Shown piece by piece: positions 48,130 through 56,569 of a DNA stretch of 56,569 bases. The DNA lies in NCBI GenBank assembly GCA_020717845.1, contig DYDG01000001.1, forward strand, positions 1 through 56,569, in the 5' to 3' direction. The position numbers were made by a program, and so were the translations under genes. The notes beneath the pieces are model-generated. The model saw only the letters and a program-made list of their open reading frames with translations. It made no database searches and was not told the DNA's origin. This DNA comes from Marinifilum sp. (GTDB lineage: Bacteria; UBA9089; CG2-30-40-21). Position 1 is the first letter of the stretch. Each line of letters begins with the position of its first letter.

Positions 48130-49467
48130 GTGAAAGAGCAGTTATGGGAAGAGGTATTATTAAAAGTAAAAGAAGATGTGCCAAAGGAAAGCTATGAGAT
48201 ATGGTTTAAGCCTATAAAACCTGTAAATATACAGGAAAATATATTGGAAATAGGCGTTCCAAATGTGTTTTTTAAGAACTGGATGAATAATCATTTTAAG
48301 ATGATTGTAGATAGTCATCTTAAGAATATTACCAATAATCTGATGTCTGTAGATTTTATTATTTCATCAGATGTTACACCTTCTCAAATGGAAGAAAATG
48401 TAGAAATAATAAAAGAAAAAAGATATACAATATCAGATTTTTATCTAAATTCAAAATATACTTTTGACAGCTTTGTTATTGGTGAAAGTAATCGTTTTGC
48501 CCATGCAGCCTGTCAGGCAGTGGCTGATAAACCAGGCACATCTTATAATCCCTTATTTATTTATAGTGGTGTAGGACTTGGAAAGACACATCTTATTCAT
48601 GCTATAGGACATCAAATATTACAAAATAAACCAAATGCAAAGATTGTATATGTCTCATCTGAACAGTTCTTAAATGAATTTGTTGAGGCTATAAAGACCA
48701 ATAAATCACATAAATTTAAGAGTAAATATAGAAGTATAGATATTTTACTTATTGATGATATTCAATTTTTGTCAGGAAAAGAGGGTATACAAGAAGAATT
48801 TTTTCATACCTTTAATACATTGCATGGTTTAGGGAAACAAGTGGTTTTAACCAGTGATAGGCCTCCAAAAGAGATAAAAACACTGGAAGAAAGGTTAAGA
48901 TCAAGGTTTGAAGGCGGATTAATTGCAGATATTCAACCACCATGTGTTGAAACAAGGATGGCTATTATTAAAAAGAAAGCTGAAAAAGAGGGTATTTTAA
49001 TTCCAGATGATGTGGGTTTCTTTATTGCATCTAAAATAAAGACCAATATTAGGGAATTAGAAGGGGCTCTGGTAAGAATAATTGCTTATACTTCATTGAC
49101 TCATGAAAAATTAGATATAAATATGGTTAAAAGGGTACTTAAAAATACTCTTCTATTTAATGAACAGCCTGAGTTTATTTCTATAGAAACAATTCAAAGA
49201 AAAACATCTAAGTATTTTAAGATTCAGTTGTCTGATATGTTAGGAAAAAGAAGAAATAGCACGGTTGTTACTCCAAGACAAGTAGCCATGTATCTTTGCC
49301 GAAATATGACCGCTCATTCCCTGCCAGAAATAGCAAAGGAGTTTGGAGGAAGGGATCATGTTACAGTAATGCATGCCTGTAATAAAATTAAAGAACAATT
49401 AGAAAAAGATACATCACTCCAGTATATAATTCAACATATTGAGAATGATCTAAAACAGGCTGTGTAG
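48130..49467 (+). CDS. dnaA: Chromosomal replication initiator DnaA
   Basis: AAA+ motifs (GVGLGKTHL, LLIDDIQF) and the domain IV HTH. GTG 48130 has GGGAGG 8 nt upstream; the ORF track opens at GTG 48094. Confidence 0.95.
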   Translation: MKEQLWEEVLLKVKEDVPKESYEIWFKPIKPVNIQENILEIGVPNVFFKNWMNNHFKMIVDSHLKNITNNLMSVDFIISSDVTPSQMEENVEIIKEKRYTISDFYLNSKYTFDSFVIGESNRFAHAACQAVADKPGTSYNPLFIYSGVGLGKTHLIHAIGHQILQNKPNAKIVYVSSEQFLNEFVEAIKTNKSHKFKSKYRSIDILLIDDIQFLSGKEGIQEEFFHTFNTLHGLGKQVVLTSDRPPKEIKTLEERLRSRFEGGLIADIQPPCVETRMAIIKKKAEKEGILIPDDVGFFIASKIKTNIRELEGALVRIIAYTSLTHEKLDINMVKRVLKNTLLFNEQPEFISIETIQRKTSKYFKIQLSDMLGKRRNSTVVTPRQVAMYLCRNMTAHSLPEIAKEFGGRDHVTVMHACNKIKEQLEKDTSLQYIIQHIENDLKQAV

Positions 49468-49470
49468 AAT

Positions 49471-49553
49471 TGTTGATAAAAAGTATGGATTATTCACAGG
49501 TTTGTCAACAAACTATCTCATTATGTTTATTGAAGTTAGTTTACTTATCAACA
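49471..49553. promoter_or_regulatory. Downstream DnaA-box cluster in the dnaA-dnaN spacer
   Basis: TGTTGATAA (49471-49479), TTATTCACA (49490-49498), TTGTCAACA (49502-49510) and TTATCAACA (49545-49553). Confidence 0.65.
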
Positions 49554-49610
49554 AAAATTAGCAGTAGTTATTACTACTACTAATTTAATATAATAAAGGA
49601 GTAAAGAAGA

Positions 49611-50714
49611 ATGAATATAGTTATTAAGAAGTATTCGATGTTAGAAGCCTTGCAATTATCCGTAATCCCTCAAAAGTCACTTATACCTATTTTGGCTAAT
49701 GTGTTATTAGAGGCAAACAATAATACACTGACTATAACCTCTACTGACCTTGATATTTCAGTGAAATGTAAAATAGAGGCAGATGTTATAGAAGAGGGTA
49801 GTATTACCCTTCCATTTAAAAGGTTACTGGATATTATTAGAGAAATGCCAGAAGATAATGTAATTATAAAGGAAAAAGATAATTATTATGTATCTATTAC
49901 CTCTGGAAAATCAGTTTTTAATATAGCTGGGTTGACTTCTAATGATTATCCTATTATTTCAGATATTAGTGGAGATATTTGTTTCTCTATATTGTCAAGT
50001 GTACTTAAAAAAATGATAAAAAAAATGGCTTTTGCTGCAGCTGAAGAGGATCCTCGTCGAGTATTAAATGGAGGCTGTTTAAATGCTAATGGATCAGAAA
50101 TAACAATTACAGCTACAGATGGGTTTGTTTTATCGTCAGCGAAGTATAAATTATCAGAGAATGTCAATAAAGATATACGTGTAGTACTTTCTAATAGAAC
50201 ATTGAGTGAGATTATGAAATTATTAAGGGATGAGGCTATGGTTGATGTGTATCTGAGTGATAATAATATAATACTCATGTTTAATGATATTGTTTTTACA
50301 TCACGATTAATAGATGGGAACTTTCCTGATTGTGAGAGTTTTATTCCTAATGTAACACGAGATAATATATTGCATATAGAAAAAAATATATTATTGAATA
50401 CATGTAAAAGAGTTGGTATTATGGTGTCAGATGATGTTAATGTATTTGATTTTGGCATATTGGATGGTGTTATTCAGATAACATCATTTACCCCTGGTTT
50501 AGGTGAGGCAAAAGAAGATATTGTAAATGTTAATTATAAAGGAGAGAATTTTAGTGTTGCATATAATTCTAAACATATGATAAATGTCTTAAGAAATATT
50601 GATGCAAGTGAGATAGATATTTTATTTATGAGTGGATCAATGGCAGGGGTTATAAATATAAAGGATGATAATGAAGAGTATTTTCATTTTATTATGCCTA
50701 TGGAAAAGAAGTAA
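49611..50714 (+). CDS. dnaN: DNA polymerase III beta sliding clamp
   Basis: 367 aa in a three-domain clamp layout, directly downstream of dnaA. RBS AAGGAG. Confidence 0.92.
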   Translation: MNIVIKKYSMLEALQLSVIPQKSLIPILANVLLEANNNTLTITSTDLDISVKCKIEADVIEEGSITLPFKRLLDIIREMPEDNVIIKEKDNYYVSITSGKSVFNIAGLTSNDYPIISDISGDICFSILSSVLKKMIKKMAFAAAEEDPRRVLNGGCLNANGSEITITATDGFVLSSAKYKLSENVNKDIRVVLSNRTLSEIMKLLRDEAMVDVYLSDNNIILMFNDIVFTSRLIDGNFPDCESFIPNVTRDNILHIEKNILLNTCKRVGIMVSDDVNVFDFGILDGVIQITSFTPGLGEAKEDIVNVNYKGENFSVAYNSKHMINVLRNIDASEIDILFMSGSMAGVINIKDDNEEYFHFIMPMEKK

Positions 50715-50717
50715 AAT

Positions 50718-51473
50718 ATGGTATTGGTAATTGATATAGGTAATACAAATACACATTTTGGAATATATGCAGGAGATAAATTAGAGACATGTTGGTCTGT
50801 GCCAAATAGTGTTATAAAAAACATAAAAGAACAGAATGACACTATTTTATCAGGTTTAGAAGGTTATAATATTAGTCAATCTATAATCTCCTGTGTTGCT
50901 CCTTCATTGAAAGATATGTTTGATGAAAAAATATTAAATAATTTTGGTTTTAGCCCAATCTTTATTGACCATTCTTTTATAAAAATCCCTATCCACTATA
51001 ATAATCCATCTGAGCTTGGAATAGATAGAATTATTAATGCTGTAGCTGTAATAAAGTTATATAAACTTCCATGTATTGTTGTGGATTTTGGTACAGCAAC
51101 TACATTTGATGTTGTTTCTAAGAATGGTGAGTTTATGGGGGGTGTTATTGCCCCTGGTATCGGTGTTTCTGCGGAAACTTTATGGACAAAAACAGAAAAA
51201 CTCCCTGCTATAGAAATCGGTGTACCAGAGTTCGTAATAGGTAGAAGTACGATAGAATGTATGCAGTCAGGGATTTTTTATGGATTTATTGGGCAGATTG
51301 ATGAGATTATTAGAAGGATTAAAGAAGAGTATGGTGAAGAAATAAATTGTATCGCTACCGGTGGATTATCAAGAGTTGTTGGTCCACGCTCTGAGTATGT
51401 TAATTGGATTGATCCGTTGTTGACATTAAAAGGGTTGAAGATAGTAGCACAGACATTCTTGTCTGTATCTTAA
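50718..51473 (+). CDS. coaX: Type III pantothenate kinase
   Basis: VIDIGNTNTHFG and VVDFGTATTFD motifs. The last 8 codons and the stop overlap a repeat hairpin. Confidence 0.9.
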   Translation: MVLVIDIGNTNTHFGIYAGDKLETCWSVPNSVIKNIKEQNDTILSGLEGYNISQSIISCVAPSLKDMFDEKILNNFGFSPIFIDHSFIKIPIHYNNPSELGIDRIINAVAVIKLYKLPCIVVDFGTATTFDVVSKNGEFMGGVIAPGIGVSAETLWTKTEKLPAIEIGVPEFVIGRSTIECMQSGIFYGFIGQIDEIIRRIKEEYGEEINCIATGGLSRVVGPRSEYVNWIDPLLTLKGLKIVAQTFLSVS

Positions 51474-51488
51474 AAAGAAGGTGTTTAA

Positions 51489-51920
51489 ATGAAAATTGAT
51501 ATTAGGATAGCAGCCTGCATATTAAAAGATGATAAAATATTAATGGTCAGACATAAAAAAGGTGAAAAAAAATATTGGCTGCTCCCTGGTGGTAGAATGG
51601 AGTTCGGCGAAACAATGGTGGAAACCCTTAAAAGGGAGATGATAGAAGAAACAGGGCTTGAAATAAGCGTTGGTAATCTAATGTTTGTTAGTGAGGCTAT
51701 CCCTGAAGATAATCATAGGCATATAGTAAACATGTTTTTTGAGGCAGAAATAACTGGTGGAGAAATGAGGCTTGGAAATGAAGAAATACTTGATGCAGTC
51801 GAGTTTATTGATATAGATAAGATTGATGAGATAGTAATGTATCCGCTTATTAGGGATGAGCTGAAGCAATACATTAATGACGGTAAGCCATTAGGATACC
51901 TTGGTTGTAGATGGAAATAG
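51489..51920 (+). CDS. NUDIX hydrolase
   Basis: Nudix box GGRMEFGETMVETLKREMIEETGL. Confidence 0.85.
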   Translation: MKIDIRIAACILKDDKILMVRHKKGEKKYWLLPGGRMEFGETMVETLKREMIEETGLEISVGNLMFVSEAIPEDNHRHIVNMFFEAEITGGEMRLGNEEILDAVEFIDIDKIDEIVMYPLIRDELKQYINDGKPLGYLGCRWK

Positions 51921-51924
51921 TAAT

Positions 51925-52163
51925 ACAAGCATCCTTGCTTGGTAATAGGTCAGTGAATTGGGGGAATTTCTATAGGAAAGATACACACCCCCTACCCTCT
52001 CTCAAGAGGGTAACACACCCCCTACCCCCTCTCAAGAGGGGATTTCTGTATTCCCCTCTAACAAGAGGGGTTAGGGGTGTGTGAATTTTACTCCGCTAAA
52101 AAATAATACACCTTTAGGTAAACAATTTCCCCCATTTCACTGACCCATTACCTTGCTTGTGAT
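51925..52163. repeat. ~240-bp nested palindromic element (CCCCTCTCAAGAGGGG word family, copy B)
   Basis: Outer ~33-bp imperfect inverted repeat GGTAATAGGTCAGTGAATTGGGGGAATT / AATTTCCCCCATTTCACTGACCCATTACC. Two direct units (51983-52011 and 52012-52042) and one inverted unit (52051-52083). TAACACACCCC..CCCCTCTCAAGAGGGGATT is nearly identical to 13899-13930. Confidence 0.8.
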
Positions 52164-52224
52164 TACTAAGCTAAAGTAATATTGGAAATTTGCCGATAAA
52201 TTAGATAAATTGTGCAATATTTAG

Positions 52225-53496
<1,272 letters not shown>

Positions 53497-53514
53497 TAAA
53501 TTAGGTGGTGTTTT

Positions 53515-54249
53515 ATGCAGCAGCAGCTCAAGTCCGAAAAGCCTGAAAAATACTTAAAACATAAGACACTAAAAACCTTTGGATTAAGCGAGCCGCAACT
53601 AAGGGATCTATTAAAAAGTGTAAGTCATGGTCACGATCTGCATATAAGATTTATATCAAATCTGCCTGGGATAGATATTTTTATTTCTGCAGAATCTAAG
53701 GTAGAGAGAATAGCCGATTCTTTGCTTGCTTCAGCAGAAAAAAGCATCTGTAATCAAATTGGCGACAATATATATGCCTTTGATAAAGAGACCATGGAAG
53801 AGGTTGTCGGCTATCTTCTTTACCTTAAACAATATTCTCTGTCAATAGCTGAAAGCTGTACCGGTGGGCTGCTCTCTAACCTGATATCAAATATAACAGG
53901 GTGTTCTTTTTATTATAAAGGGGGAATTACTGCCTGCGATGCAGATGCTGCAAGCCTTCTTTTTAATATCCCAAGGGAAAGTGTCGAGAGGTATGGACTG
54001 GTCAGTGAACGAGTAACCAGAGACATGGCCAGTTCAGTCAGAAATCTTACCCAGTCAAACTTTGCCTTAAGTGTTACAGGTATTATGGGGTTAGAAGAAG
54101 GGGAAAATGTTGGTCTGGTCTGGATATGTTTGTATGCAAATGGCCAGATTACGTGTCGGCAATTTTTCTTTTCAGGTGAAAGATACGAAATGAAACTGAA
54201 AGCAGCGTATACAGCCTTTGATATATTGAGAAGGGAGTTGTTGGACTGA
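53515..54249 (+). CDS. CinA C-terminal-type protein (PncC-like nicotinamide-nucleotide amidohydrolase domain) without the MoCF-type N-terminal domain
   Basis: AESCTGGLLSNLISNITG motif. Several otherwise conserved positions are diverged. Confidence 0.7.
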   Translation: MQQQLKSEKPEKYLKHKTLKTFGLSEPQLRDLLKSVSHGHDLHIRFISNLPGIDIFISAESKVERIADSLLASAEKSICNQIGDNIYAFDKETMEEVVGYLLYLKQYSLSIAESCTGGLLSNLISNITGCSFYYKGGITACDADAASLLFNIPRESVERYGLVSERVTRDMASSVRNLTQSNFALSVTGIMGLEEGENVGLVWICLYANGQITCRQFFFSGERYEMKLKAAYTAFDILRRELLD

Positions 54250-54351
54250 ATAAGTGTAGGGTTTTTCGACCATTCCTTATTTGTCATGGTGCAATGTAGG
54301 GAACAGTCGTGACTATTCCTTGCTTATCATTGGGACAAGGAGTTTGTTACA

Positions 54352-54936
54352 ATGGAAGAGTCAATCCGAATATTTATTGCTCTGCCTATAAACGATGAGT
54401 TGAAAAACAGGCTGAAGCAGATTCAGGAGGATTTGAGGTTAGTCAATACTGATGTTAAGTGGACTGTCCCTGAAAGAATGCATCTTACCTTGAAATTTAT
54501 AGGTAATACAAGGGTTTCACAGATTGATGGTATTTGCAAAGCTGTATCTGAGATAGCGAGTAGTTTTTCGCCATTTTTTATCTCGCTTTCTTCAGTGGGT
54601 GCTTTTCCAAACGTGAACTGTCCTCAAATCATCTGGGCAGGGATAGATGAAGGGAAGGAAATAATTTGTGAGATGAATCATCAGATGGAGAATAGATTAG
54701 CAATACTTGGATTTAAAAAAGAGACGAAAAAATTTAGCCCACATCTGACTATTGGCATGGTAAGAGGACGGAAAGGGATCGCTGAGTTGACAAAAAAGAT
54801 TGTTACCATAGAGACACCTGTCGAAAGGTTGAGGAAGATGTCGATGACAGTGTCTGATATTCACATCATGAAAAGCCAGCTTACCCCGCAGGGTGCAATA
54901 CATAGTGTGCTGGGAACGATAGCGTTGAAAGCGTAA
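54352..54936 (+). CDS. thpR: RNA 2',3'-cyclic phosphodiesterase (2H family, ThpR/LigT)
   Basis: Two H-x-T-x motifs (HLTLKF, HLTIGM). Confidence 0.85.
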   Translation: MEESIRIFIALPINDELKNRLKQIQEDLRLVNTDVKWTVPERMHLTLKFIGNTRVSQIDGICKAVSEIASSFSPFFISLSSVGAFPNVNCPQIIWAGIDEGKEIICEMNHQMENRLAILGFKKETKKFSPHLTIGMVRGRKGIAELTKKIVTIETPVERLRKMSMTVSDIHIMKSQLTPQGAIHSVLGTIALKA

Positions 54937-54970
54937 GGGTGTTAACTTACAGTAAGGAGAAAGGTGTAAA

Positions 54971-55870
54971 ATGAATATTCAACGATTTTTAATCATCTCG
55001 CTTATTAGCATGATAACCATTAACATGGATGTCACTGTATCTTCAGGTGAGGGTGAGAAGGTATCAAATGACATGGTTAATAAGATTGTTGCCTGGGTAA
55101 ATAATGAGGTTATTACCATGCAAGAATTAAACGATGTTGTTGCTGCAAATCCAGATGTGGATAAAAAAGAGATTTTGCAGGGTCTTATTGAACAAAAGCT
55201 AATCCTTCAAGAGGCAGACAAACAAGGTTTTGAGATTCCTGATGAGCAGATAGATGAAATAATAAATACGATGAAAAAACAATTCCCAACAGAAAAAGCA
55301 TTTGAGAATGCTTTAATAAAAGAAGGAACCAACAAAGAGGAATTAAGAGAGAGATATAGAGAAAATCTAACAAAACAGCAGTGGATAGGAATGGAGGCAA
55401 GAAAAAGGATAAAAATATCCCCTGAAAAGATGAATAAGATTCGTCAGGATCTTTCCTATGAGATAAGGGTTCGGCATATTCTGGTTAAAAGTGCAGAGGA
55501 TGCGGTTCTGATCTTAGCCAGGATTGACAGGGGAGATGATTTTGAAGGGTTAGCCAGAGAATATTCTATCTGTCCCTCTGGAAAAAACGGTGGAGACTTA
55601 GGGCTTTTCCATAGATACCAGATGATACCTGAGTTTTCAAACAAGGTATTTAGTCTTAAAATAGATGAGGTGAGTCCTGTTGTAAAAACCAATCTTGGGT
55701 ATCATATTATTAAAATGATCGAAAGAAGGAAAACACCAGAAGATACCCTTCAAATATTGGTTCAGGAACAAGAAGAAAAGCTTAAGAAAGAGGCTTTTGA
55801 GAAAGAGATAGAAGCCTTGATAAAGGAATTAAAGGCAAAGGCGTATATTGTTGTTGAGGATGAGCAATAA
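54971..55870 (+). CDS. Parvulin-type peptidyl-prolyl isomerase (SurA/PrsA-like) with an N-terminal signal/anchor
   Basis: Hydrophobic N-terminus, a SurA-N-like helical region and a parvulin core (RVRHILV..., GGDLGLF, GYHIIK). Confidence 0.85.
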   Translation: MNIQRFLIISLISMITINMDVTVSSGEGEKVSNDMVNKIVAWVNNEVITMQELNDVVAANPDVDKKEILQGLIEQKLILQEADKQGFEIPDEQIDEIINTMKKQFPTEKAFENALIKEGTNKEELRERYRENLTKQQWIGMEARKRIKISPEKMNKIRQDLSYEIRVRHILVKSAEDAVLILARIDRGDDFEGLAREYSICPSGKNGGDLGLFHRYQMIPEFSNKVFSLKIDEVSPVVKTNLGYHIIKMIERRKTPEDTLQILVQEQEEKLKKEAFEKEIEALIKELKAKAYIVVEDEQ

Positions 55871-55899
55871 CTTGTCCATTTTTCTATGCTGAGGCAGGG

Positions 55900-56152
55900 C
55901 AAACGCATCTGAATTCAGGTATCCACAAATATGGGATAACAGCGTACACAAGCAATACCTCCTCTCTCAATTCAACCCAGAATTGTGTGTCGGCTACTAC
56001 TGTGGACGTGCACCATTCTTGGACATGCACCGCTCCACACAAATAGTGCTGCTCCCGACTCTTTCTTGGCTCTGCGCTAAATTCATTGAGGCAAAGCCAA
56101 TATCTTCCTTTGCCTTACTCAACCATTCATTGACAATCTTTTTATCTATCAT
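55900..56152 (-). pseudogene. Probable decayed HEPN-domain partner of the MNT gene
   Basis: ATG 56152 overlaps the MNT 3' end. MIDKKIVNEWLSKAKEDIGFASMNL resembles a HEPN N-terminus, but the frame then stops after 51 codons, and HEPN-like pieces appear only in other frames. Confidence 0.3.
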
Positions 56153-56495
56153 AGAGCACTTCACCTTCCCTTAGAATAGTTCTGATAAAAGGATCGCCCA
56201 GACGAATTCTTTCATTAAATTCTTCTGGACGGTAAACAAAAAAATCGACAGGTAAATTTTTTTTGATCAATCTTCTAAGTTCTCTTGCCCGCTCTCTGCC
56301 AAGATAAGGGGTATTCTCTTTGATAACCAAAAGATCAACATCGCTGTCGTTATTAAATTCTCCTTTGGACGCCGAACCAAAAAGGATTATCTTTATGGGA
56401 TTATACTTCTCAATTACTTGGCTTACAATATTCTCAACTTCTTCCTTTACTTCTTGATTTATATCCGATCTCTGTGTTTTGACTTCTGTTTTCAT
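56142..56495 (-). CDS. Nucleotidyltransferase-domain protein (MNT-type antitoxin-like)
   Basis: LFGSASKGEFNNDSDVDLLVI motif. ATG 56495 is preferred over the longer ORF to 56549. Confidence 0.8.
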   Translation of the reverse strand: MKTEVKTQRSDINQEVKEEVENIVSQVIEKYNPIKIILFGSASKGEFNNDSDVDLLVIKENTPYLGRERARELRRLIKKNLPVDFFVYRPEEFNERIRLGDPFIRTILREGEVLYDR

Positions 56496-56569
56496 ATTGA
56501 TTCTACCTCCTTTGGCAACGTTACAATAATCAATGGCTATACTGCTCACTTAAATTGAGCCGGGTATGC

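Overview
This is an origin-proximal chromosomal segment of a bacterium that looks uncultivated. Its gene content is diderm-type (murJ, lptF/G, an lpxL-like acyltransferase), but it also carries the Firmicutes-like block tmk-yaaR(DUF327)-holB-yaaT(PSP1). Reading left to right: serS, murJ and a hypothetical gene on the + strand, then lptF/G on the - strand. Next comes a decayed type I R-M locus (hsdR, hsdS and hsdM are all broken) that still holds an intact dinD-like gene and a 73-aa ORF. This is followed by uvrA and parB (with a perfect internal parS). Two tandem paralogous ~700-aa polytopic membrane proteins sit between parB and parA, followed by rsmG and mnmG. A + strand CO-dehydrogenase/acetyl-CoA-synthase cluster follows: acsD-like, a retropepsin-like protease, a degenerate CODH paralog, cooS, a CBS protein and acsB. 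The next block is all on the - strand: arnB/arnC-like genes, mogA, mobA, hicBA, GT1, an lpxL-like gene, tldD, two histidine kinases, a zinc-ribbon protein, galT, yaaT, holB, yaaR and tmk. A bipartite oriC flanks dnaA. The + strand block dnaN, coaX, nudix, eno, cinA-C, thpR and a parvulin PPIase follows, and the window ends with an MNT gene plus a decayed HEPN remnant. I found no rRNA, tRNA or CRISPR. The most unusual feature is the acs cluster: the AcsD-like protein and a CODH paralog with incomplete C-cluster ligands each end in a mutually similar, catalytically degenerate GxxExxY (PD-(D/E)XK-like) module, and a retropepsin-like protease gene lies between them. Other notable points are the split parA/parB pair, the R-M ghost, and intergenic regions densely filled with at least 7 families of nested palindromic repeats, some of which run into ORF ends. 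All calls come from reading the sequence and the ORF translations; no database search was run.
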